Shown piece by piece: positions 8,670 through 15,519 of a DNA stretch of 15,519 nt; position 1 is the first letter of the stretch; every line of letters begins with the position of its first letter. Origin of the DNA: an uncultured Spirochaetota bacterium (GTDB lineage Bacteria; Spirochaetota; Spirochaetia; SZUA-6; Fen-1364). The notes beneath the pieces were generated by a model. That model was not told the origin of the DNA, searched no databases, and saw only the letters and a program-made list of their open reading frames with translations. The translations under genes and the position numbers were made by a program. The stretch spans positions 1 through 15,519 of the forward strand of contig CAVUXE010000040.1 in the NCBI GenBank assembly GCA_963745235.1, read 5' to 3'.

Positions 8670-9161
8670 CTATGCTTGTTTCGAGGCCTCTTCGAGCTTT
8701 CTATAGGCTTCGGTGCCTTTGATCGGCGCTCGGGTTTGTGCGTAATCAAAGGCCGTTCTTCCAGTATTGTTTTTCACCCTCGCGTCCGCCCCGGCATCAA
8801 GGAGCGTCGTGACAACTTCAGGATTTGGGTTGTACATGACGGCATACATCAGCGGCGTCTCGCCGTGGTTGTCCCTAGCCTCGATGTCCGCGCCGGCCTT
8901 CAAGATCGTTGTGATTACCTCAGGGTGTTCATTGTGCTCGGCAGCGCCCATCAACGGGGTCCAACCCTCCTTGTCTCGAGCTTCGAGAATCGCTCCAGCC
9001 TTCACAAGCGTCGTGATCACCTCGGGATTCCGGGTGAATGCGGCTGCCCACATGAGCGGAGTCCAGCCGTTTTCATCCCGTGCATTCGCGTTGGCGCCCC
9101 TCATGATGGCGACTTGAACGCTTTGTGACGTTCCGTTTTTTGCAAGCTCAAAGAAGTTCAT
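8670..9161 (-). CDS. Ankyrin repeat protein (cytoplasmic)
   Basis: Three 34-aa repeats (ARD..G.TPLM.A....NPEVITTL..AGA) plus a GRTAFDYA cap. The ATG at 9161 overlaps the upstream stop (TAATG) and has SD GGAAGG. Confidence 0.92.
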   Translation of the reverse strand: MNFFELAKNGTSQSVQVAIMRGANANARDENGWTPLMWAAAFTRNPEVITTLVKAGAILEARDKEGWTPLMGAAEHNEHPEVITTILKAGADIEARDNHGETPLMYAVMYNPNPEVVTTLLDAGADARVKNNTGRTAFDYAQTRAPIKGTEAYRKLEEASKQA

Positions 9162-9346
9162 TACCTTCCCGGGTCCCACCAATGAGGTTCGTCTGGGACC
9201 TTTTCGAGAACCTCGAGTTTCAGACGTTGCTTGCCGCCAAGCGAAAAGACGCAGATAGCTTCGTCCCCCTCTATCCTCTCAACGGTCATCGGCGATCCTC
9301 CGCCTTTGAATCGTACGACGTCTCCCGCCATGATATGTTCTTCCAT
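9161..9346 (-). CDS. YodC/DUF2158-like small protein
   Basis: GDVVRFKGGGSPMTV...AICVF resembles the YodC family signature GDVVxLKSGGPxMTV...C.WF. Confidence 0.75.
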   Translation of the reverse strand: MEEHIMAGDVVRFKGGGSPMTVERIEGDEAICVFSLGGKQRLKLEVLEKVPDEPHWWDPGR

Positions 9347-9533
9347 AATCTGTTCGCGCCTGCAAGCTCTGCCATACTCACGGACTTAACTGCGGCACCT
9401 CAACCTCCTCGAACCTGAAACGAAGGGCGGTGGCTGCTCATCGGCTATTATACATCCGAAATCTCATTCGTGCCGCAACGGAAATATTTTGCCTGTTCGA
9501 CGATTGAATCGCTAACTTCAGAAGGTGAAGAAC

Positions 9534-9662
9534 GTGTGGACCCGTGTTCTCGAGACACTCGACGTCGAGATGTTCCGGAGGGGCTGGTGGATGCTCCTTC
9601 TCATACTCGGGACCATCGGAATCCTTTTCACAATCTGCTGCATCCTGGTGCTGGGTCGTTGA
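9534..9662 (+). CDS. Small single-pass membrane protein (~42 aa), below the ORF-track size cutoff
   Basis: GTG start after GAAGGTGA, encoding MWTRVLETLDVEMFRRGWWMLLLILGTIGILFTICCILVLGR. The stop lies 5 nt before the ankyrin ATG. Alternative starts are at 9525 and 9570. Confidence 0.5.
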   Translation: MWTRVLETLDVEMFRRGWWMLLLILGTIGILFTICCILVLGR

Positions 9663-9667
9663 AGACC

Positions 9668-10111
9668 ATGAAAGGTCTCGTTGCCTTCTATGGACTGATC
9701 GGGCTCGTCTCCCTTCACGCCCTGTCGACCGACCTCCTTGATATCGCGGAGAGTGCAACCGCTTCTCAAGTCGAACAGGCTGTCAAGAGCGGTGGTGACC
9801 CGAATGCCGTCGACTCCGTTGGAAGGACCGTCCTGATGCTCGCCGCAGCATCCAATCCAGACCCTGCAGTCATTTCCGCGCTCGTCAGAGCAGACTCACA
9901 CGTGAACGCGCGCGGTCCTCAGGGCTGGACTCCCCTCATCGTGGCCGCGTACAGCAATCCGACCCCTGCTGTGGTCCTTGCCCTCCTTGCCGCGGGCGCC
10001 AATCCGCGGCTTCGAAGCAATGCAGGCAGGACGGCCTTCGAGTACGCACAAGACAACGAAGGACTCAGGGGAACGGAAGCGCTGAGAAGACTCAGGGCGG
10101 CCGGGCGATGA
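9668..10111 (+). CDS. Ankyrin repeat protein with probable signal peptide
   Basis: MK-hydrophobic N-terminus (MKGLVAFYGLIGLVSLHA). Repeats GRTVLMLAAASNPDPAVISAL and GWTPLIVAAYSNPTPAVVLAL, with a GRTAFEYA cap. Confidence 0.85.
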   Translation: MKGLVAFYGLIGLVSLHALSTDLLDIAESATASQVEQAVKSGGDPNAVDSVGRTVLMLAAASNPDPAVISALVRADSHVNARGPQGWTPLIVAAYSNPTPAVVLALLAAGANPRLRSNAGRTAFEYAQDNEGLRGTEALRRLRAAGR

Positions 10112-10144
10112 GGATGGAAAAAGGCAACCACCCTTGGCGTTCTT

Positions 10145-10513
10145 CTACGGTTCCTCGATTCCGAGTTGATGCAGGGACAGCTGTATTCGACCGATCAGAA
10201 TGAAATCCCCGGAGACCAGGCGAACATATTTCCCGGGAGGAACGGGTTTGCCATTCACGTAGGTGCCGTTGGTGCTCCGCAAGTCCTCGATGAAGAAATC
10301 ATCCTTCACCTTTTGGATCACGGCATGATAGCGGGAGACCAGGACGTCATCGAGCTCGACGATATTGTGGCCCCCCCTGCCTATCGTGATACGGCTGACG
10401 ACGGGGATGTTCCTGTCCTTGAAGACCAGGAAGGTGCCGCCGGGTTTGGGAACCTTGGAGAGGCGATGGCCCAACACGCTCTCAGAGTTGACCGTCTCAT
10501 CCCTTTTCGGCAT
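10145..10513 (-). CDS. FHA domain protein
   Basis: FHA motifs ITIGR, VSRYHA and IEDLRSTNGTYVNG. SD AAGGAG precedes the ATG at 10513. Confidence 0.92.
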   Translation of the reverse strand: MPKRDETVNSESVLGHRLSKVPKPGGTFLVFKDRNIPVVSRITIGRGGHNIVELDDVLVSRYHAVIQKVKDDFFIEDLRSTNGTYVNGKPVPPGKYVRLVSGDFILIGRIQLSLHQLGIEEP

Positions 10514-10541
10514 GCAGCGTCGCTCCTTTGGAACCTGCACC

Positions 10542-11786
10542 TCAGCACGTGACGTTTTGAATCGTGACGTACGCCAAGGTTTGATTCAGCAGCTGATAAG
10601 CAATCTCGCCAAACGTGATCGGTCCCGTGATGTTGCCTGTCCGCTTCCCTTCCAAATCGGAATAGAGATAGTTCAGAATGCAGTTGCAGGAAAAGGTCAT
10701 GTTTTCCGAAGCGGACCGCGGCAAGCTGCCCTTGAAAGCGGTCACGTAGTCGATGACCGGTGCGGCCACTTTGTATTCGATCCCTCGAAAGACCGGGGCA
10801 TAGAAGCCTACCTTCTTGTTTGCCTGATCCACCTCCTGGAAGCTTGTGTTGATCATTGCCCCGCTGTAATTTGCTACAAGGGGCAACTTTGTATCGATCT
10901 TTTTCTCCGCAAGATACTCGGCGAAGTTTCTGCGCGCCCCCCTGATCTGAGCGTCGACAGCGCTGAATCCGTCTTCCGGAAAGGTTATTGCATCCCCAGA
11001 CCCCTGCTTGAAAATGTTGACGATGTTGATGTTCGCCTGTTTGCCCGCAGGCAGGCCGATGTGCATGACAACCGCGGCGTTTCTCTGGCTGAGCTTGTTC
11101 TTTCCGGAAACGACCTCGGGGGCCACCTTTCCGATGTCGGCGACATCAGTGCCTGATATCCACCCTATCAGGGGTCTCATTGCGAAGAGCTCATACCGTG
11201 GAGCGTTCAAAGCAAAAGAAAAATGCACCCGGCTCGAGCCGGGAATGATAATGATGCTGAAACCATTATCCGGGGCGTCTTTGTAAACGGAAGCGATTGT
11301 GCTTTCCGTGTACGATTTGATCGAAACCGACGTGGCGTAGTCGGGCAGCTCAGTCACGAAGATTTTCTCTTTGGTGAAGACTCCCCCCTGGGTCGCCATG
11401 AAATAGGGGATCGTTCCGCCGATCCAGGTGCCTGCCGGAAGCTCCTTCAGCAAGGCATGGTCACCGGCCAGCACCAGACTTCGGCCCTGGGCGATTTTGG
11501 AAGCCACTTCATCCCGGGTGAACAGAACCTGGCCGTTCGTCAAAGCTCCCAGAGAACCGGCGATTCTCTGAATATCACTCTGGACCGCAGATCGATCCTG
11601 GAAGCGATTGAGCAGCTTCCGCAGCTCTGCAACGCTTTGCACGAGCACCGTGGGGGACGAGTCGATCCGTGCGCGGGCCCGCAACTTTGTCAGCAGGATT
11701 TTCGCCGCGAGGAAGTCGAACTCCACTTGTGAATTACCTTTGATGAGTTCCTGCAAGGCCTGGTCAGTGACTGTTGTCAGATCCAT
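10542..11786 (-). CDS. DUF6976-type (FIST-related) protein with extra ~75-aa N-terminal domain
   Basis: WIGGTIPYFM, PLIGWISG, PLVANYSGAMINTSF and SCNCILNYLY...GPITFGEIAYQLLNQT match the family as I recall it. SD AAGGAG precedes the ATG at 11786. Confidence 0.75.
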   Translation of the reverse strand: MDLTTVTDQALQELIKGNSQVEFDFLAAKILLTKLRARARIDSSPTVLVQSVAELRKLLNRFQDRSAVQSDIQRIAGSLGALTNGQVLFTRDEVASKIAQGRSLVLAGDHALLKELPAGTWIGGTIPYFMATQGGVFTKEKIFVTELPDYATSVSIKSYTESTIASVYKDAPDNGFSIIIIPGSSRVHFSFALNAPRYELFAMRPLIGWISGTDVADIGKVAPEVVSGKNKLSQRNAAVVMHIGLPAGKQANINIVNIFKQGSGDAITFPEDGFSAVDAQIRGARRNFAEYLAEKKIDTKLPLVANYSGAMINTSFQEVDQANKKVGFYAPVFRGIEYKVAAPVIDYVTAFKGSLPRSASENMTFSCNCILNYLYSDLEGKRTGNITGPITFGEIAYQLLNQTLAYVTIQNVTC

Positions 11787-11836
11787 AAGGGATGCTCCTT
11801 TTGAGGTTTGAGGTCTGCCTGGTGTTCTTAAGAAGT

Positions 11837-11865
11837 ATTCTAGCACCTCAAGGAGGAGATTCCAA
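11837..11865 (-). promoter_or_regulatory. sigma70-type promoter for the DUF6976-FHA operon
   Basis: Minus-strand TTGGAA (11865-11860), 17-bp spacer, TAGAAT (11842-11837), with an extended TGn. The palindrome TTCTTAAGAA (11825-11834) lies at the predicted start site. Confidence 0.5.
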
Positions 11866-11919
11866 ACCCGCGTCCTTGACCGCTCTCGTGCTGGCGGACG
11901 AATCGTTCGGTGAAAGCGC

Positions 11920-13338
11920 TTATCTCGGGTGAGTCATGTCCTCGGGTCGCACCCATTCGTCGAACTGCTCCCCGGTGAGGTAGCCCAGCTTCAGGGCCGC
12001 TTCCCGCAGGGAGAGGTCCTCCCGGTACGCCTTGAGGGAGATCTGCGCCGCCTTCTCGTACCCGATGTGTGGATTGAGCGCCGTCACCAGCATCAGCGAG
12101 TTCTCGAGGTGCTCGCGGATGCGCTTCTCATTGGGCTCGATGCCCACCGCGCAGCGATCGTTGAACGAGAGAGAGGCCTCTGCCAGCAGCTGGACGGACT
12201 CCAGGACGTTGTGGAGGATGACCGGCTTGTAGACGTTCAGCTGGAAGTTCCCCTGCGAGCCCGCGAAAGCCACCGCGTGGTCGTTGCCGAAAACCTGCAC
12301 GACAACCATGGTGAGCGCTTCGCACTGGGTCGGGTTGATCTTCCCGGGCATGATCGAAGAGCCGGGCTCGTTCTCGGGGATCAGAATCTCCGCGAAGCCG
12401 GCCCGCGGGCCGCATGCATACAGCCGTACATCGTTTGCAATCTTCATGAGGGCACCGGCCAGGGTCCTCAGCGAGGCGCTGACGCTCACGAGGGCGTCGT
12501 GTGCTGACAGGCTGGCGAACTTGTTCGCGGCGGAAACAAATGGCTTCCCCGTTTCCTCCGCGATCTTGCGCGCCGCCACCTCGCCGAAGCGCGGGTCGGC
12601 ATTCAGCCCCGTTCCGACAGCTGTCCCGCCGATCGCAAGAGCGCAGACGTCAGGCAGGCAACGGCTGATTCCCGCCAGCGCCTCATCCAGCTGGGCAACC
12701 CAGCCGGAGATCACCTGGCCGAGGGTCAACGGGGTCGCATCCTGCAGGTGCGTCCGGCCCACCATCACTACCTTGGAATAGGCCATCGACTTGGCGTCAA
12801 GGGTATCCCGCAGCTTGCGGATGGCGGGCAGGAGAACGCGGTCAACCTGCTCAACCGTGGCGATGTGCATCACGGTCGGGAAAGTGTCGTTGGAGGACTG
12901 GCTCCGGTTGACGTCATCGTTGGGGTGGATGGGCTTCTTTGACCCCACGGTCCCGCCTGCAAGCTGGATGGCACGGTTGGCAATGACCTCGTTCGCGTTC
13001 ATGTTCGTCTGCGTGCCTGAGCCGGTCTGGAAGACGACAAGAGGGAACTCATCGTCCAGCTTTCCGTCAATCACCTCCTGGCTGGCGCGGACAATGAGGT
13101 CAATCTTTTCGGCCGGCAATTGGCCCAGCTCCCCGTTTGCCAGCGCGGCGCACTTTTTGAGGACGCCCAGGGCGCGTATCACGGGCCTGCCCCAGCGGTA
13201 GCGCTCCACCCCGATCTGGAAGTTCTCATGCGACCGTTCCGTCTGGGCCCCCCACAGGTGCTCCGCCGGAACCTGAACGTCACCCAGGGCGTCTTCTTCG
13301 ATGCGAAGCTTGCCATCCGTGCGGTTGCTCGCGCTCAT
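11920..13338 (-). CDS. fumC: Fumarate hydratase class II
   Basis: Signature [15 protein letters not shown], plus [32 protein letters not shown] and [10 protein letters not shown]. It has its own SD GGGAG before the ATG at 13338; 472 aa. Confidence 0.96.
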   Translation of the reverse strand: MSASNRTDGKLRIEEDALGDVQVPAEHLWGAQTERSHENFQIGVERYRWGRPVIRALGVLKKCAALANGELGQLPAEKIDLIVRASQEVIDGKLDDEFPLVVFQTGSGTQTNMNANEVIANRAIQLAGGTVGSKKPIHPNDDVNRSQSSNDTFPTVMHIATVEQVDRVLLPAIRKLRDTLDAKSMAYSKVVMVGRTHLQDATPLTLGQVISGWVAQLDEALAGISRCLPDVCALAIGGTAVGTGLNADPRFGEVAARKIAEETGKPFVSAANKFASLSAHDALVSVSASLRTLAGALMKIANDVRLYACGPRAGFAEILIPENEPGSSIMPGKINPTQCEALTMVVVQVFGNDHAVAFAGSQGNFQLNVYKPVILHNVLESVQLLAEASLSFNDRCAVGIEPNEKRIREHLENSLMLVTALNPHIGYEKAAQISLKAYREDLSLREAALKLGYLTGEQFDEWVRPEDMTHPR

Positions 13339-15002
13339 AACATTTCTCCCTGAACGAGATCCCGCGTATTCCGGCTTGTACAGCTGCGAATCAAGGAAAG
13401 TCTGCAAGTCGCCGGGCTTGTCGACCCCAGCCAACCCAAGAGAAAAAACTACCTCACACACTCGAAGGGCGGCGGCGAGCTCGGTGCGGAGGATTTCACC
13501 TTGCGGCGGGTACAGCAGTCCCGCGTCGAGCTCCGCCTGCGTGACCTGGTCTGCAACGCTTCGGGCCGCGGTAATGAAAAGCTCATCCGGCACGCGCCTG
13601 GCGCGCGTCGCATAGATCGCCAGGCCCACTGCCGGGAAGATGTAGAGATTGTTTGCCTGGCCTGGCTGAAGCATCCGGTCCTTGAAGCGGACGGGAGGGA
13701 AGGGGACCCCTGCCGCGTAGAGCGCGCGACCTTCCGACCATCGGTAGGCTTCCTCAGCCGTGCATTCAGCGTGATCCGTCGGGTTGGAGAGCGCGAAGAT
13801 GATTGGACGCCTGTTGAGACGAGCCATCGCCTCGACGACCGGTTGCGAGAAGGCCTTGCCCTTGCGTGCTGACGCCGATAATCGCAGTCGGCTTGAGCGA
13901 CTCGATAGCTTCGAGGAAGTTTCGCGACGGCGCATGCGGGTGGGCATATGGCTTTTGAAAGTCGAAAAGGTCGCGGCGTCCGGATTCGAGCAGGCCGTTC
14001 ACATCGAACAAGCGAAATGCGAAGCCTCGCCTGGTCTCTGGTCAACCCCTCCAGCATCATGGCGGAAGAGATCATGTCCGCAATGCCAATGCCCGCCGAG
14101 CCGGCACCAAGAAACAGAATGCGCTGATCGCTGAGCCTGCCGCCCGTCACGCGAAGCGCGCTGAGCAGTCCGGCCATGGCGGCCACCCGCTGTTCCCTGA
14201 ATATCATCGTTGTAGCAGCACACGTCGTCTCGGTAGCGAGCCAGGAGCCGCATTGCATCCACCCCCGCCCAGTCCTCGAAGTGGATGCAGCAGCCCGGGA
14301 ACACCTCCTGCACGGCCGTCACGAACTCTTCGACCAGCTGATCCAGCTCCCCGGCCGAAACGCGGGGCTGGCGCAGGCCAAGGTAAAGCGGATCGTTGAT
14401 CAGGGCCTGGTTGGTCGTGCCGACATCGATATGCAACGGCAGCAGGTGACGAGGCGGCACCGCGGCGCAGGCGGTGTAGAGTTGCAGCTTGCCGATGGGG
14501 ATTCCCATGCCGTTGGCTCCCAGGTCACCGAGACCGAGAATACGGCCGCCGGACGTCGCGCAGATCACGCGGATGTCCTTTTCCGGCCAGTTGCGAAGCA
14601 CGTCCTTCACGCGCCCCTTGTGCTTCAGGGAGAGATACATCCCCCGCGGGTCGGCGGTAGATGTGCCCGAACTTCAGGCAGGCCTCGCCAACCGTGGGGT
14701 CATACACGATCGGGGAGAAAGCGGACCGGGTCGGACATCAGTACCTTGTAGAACAGGGTCTCGTTGGTATCAAGCAGCCCGATCAGGTAGATGTATCGCT
14801 CCAGGTCAGTCGGCTTTGCCCCCAACTGCTGCATCACCCGGCGGACCTGGATCTCCTCCGTGTCCGCGCCGGAGGGAAGGAGCCCCGTCAGGCCCAGTGC
14901 TTCACGCTCCGCGTCGCTGAAGGCAGTGGACTTGTTGACTTCTGGGTCGCGAAGCACATCGACTCCGCGTTTCTCGCTGACCGCGTCTGCCGTTTTCGCC
15001 AT
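13335..15002 (-). CDS. maeA: NAD-dependent malic enzyme, split by multiple +1 frameshifts (probably sequencing errors)
   Basis: Consecutive fragments: NKSTAF; YDPTVGEAC; [20 protein letters not shown]; IHFEDW...NDDIQGT; [12 protein letters not shown]; IIFALSNPT; [10 protein letters not shown]; LYKPEY. Frame breaks fall near 14713, 14649, 14187, 14010 and 13864. SD GAGGAGG precedes the ATG at 15002. The end at 13335 is inferred. Confidence 0.9.
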
Positions 15003-15106
15003 TGTACTTCCTCCTCGAGCCCACGCGCTCAACGCTCCTTGAGGAAATATCCTAGCGCGCCGTCGCGCCTATCCAGCAAGCGGCGATGCAGTCAGCCGAT
15101 CAGCCA

Positions 15107-15519
15107 TCACGGGCTGGTGATATATGCGGCGAAAGCAGACCAGTTCGCGGCACCCGAATAAGTCGCCACGTCCGCGGGGTTGGGCACGTGGATCGTGGGA
15201 AAAGGCGAGGAGAACGCCGCCGTGCCTCCCAGGCTCGGGGGGGTGGAGCTCTGCATGATGACGTTCGTCACCGAACAGTTGTAAAAGGCGTAGTTGACGA
15301 TGGCCGTGACCGAGACCGGGACGGTTATTGAGATTGGGCTTTGCAGGCCGGAGAACGCATTCATGCTGATGGTGGTAAGGGAGGCAGGAATCGTCACACT
15401 GGTCAGATTCGCGCAGGAGCCAAAGGCGTACGGGTCTATCGATGTGACAGAGGGGATGGAGAATGGCCCGCTGAGCTTTGCAGGAACAAGCATCAGGACT
15501 CCATTTACCGTGTCCACGA
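15107..15519 (-). CDS. BspA-like leucine-rich repeat (LRR_5) protein, 3' part only
   Basis: Repeats IPSVTSIDPYAFGSCANLTSVTIPASLTTISMNAF and VPVSVTAIVNYAFYNC, with a cap TPPSLG...AF...IHVP...Y..A.NW. The frame is open to the window edge. Confidence 0.85.
   Translation of the reverse strand, partial: VDTVNGVLMLVPAKLSGPFSIPSVTSIDPYAFGSCANLTSVTIPASLTTISMNAFSGLQSPISITVPVSVTAIVNYAFYNCSVTNVIMQSSTPPSLGGTAAFSSPFPTIHVPNPADVATYSGAANWSAFAAYITSP

Noticed and set aside
10112-10144. Intrinsic terminator between the convergent ankyrin and FHA genes
   Set aside because: No convincing GC stem followed by a U-tract on either strand.
13870-13947. N-terminus (MPTRMRRR...) of the 675-aa ORF as a real protein start
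   Set aside because: It is out-of-frame malic enzyme sequence upstream of the 13864 frameshift.
13860-14715. Programmed ribosomal frameshifting or phase variation in the malic enzyme
   Set aside because: There are five separate sites, no slippery heptamers or long repeat tracts, and the shifts all go in the same direction. Sequencing error is the simpler explanation.

Overview
This is a GC-rich bacterial accessory/metabolic region with no rRNA, tRNA, CRISPR array or recognisable mobile element. From left to right it holds six modules. (1) A redox/detox operon: aldo-keto reductase, cupin, NAD(P)-binding protein, and an SDR pseudogene whose catalytic middle is deleted. (2) A minus-strand Cys-rich operon (atypical TusA-like, DsrE/DsrF-like with CxxC, SnoaL/NTF2-like) divergent from an RclR-like AraC regulator, with a 21-bp tandem-repeat operator candidate over its promoter. 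(3) An ArsB/NhaD-type permease and a universal stress protein, then a sigma70 promoter, a clear fluoride riboswitch and a CPA2-type cation:proton antiporter. (4) Two divergent paralogous ankyrin genes, each preceded by a small gene (YodC/DUF2158-like, and an uncalled ~42-aa membrane peptide). (5) A DUF6976/FIST-like protein with an extra N-terminal domain, plus an FHA protein. (6) Malic enzyme and fumC, and the 3' end of a BspA-like LRR gene. The malic enzyme and araC genes carry only +1 single-base insertions, which look like sequencing errors; one more such insertion probably explains the apparent malic enzyme-FumC fusion. The best candidates for an undescribed system are the fluoride-riboswitch-controlled antiporter module (no Fluc or CLC gene in the window) and the AraC-controlled TusA/DsrE/SnoaL cysteine relay. 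All family calls come from motif recognition by eye; no database searches were run.
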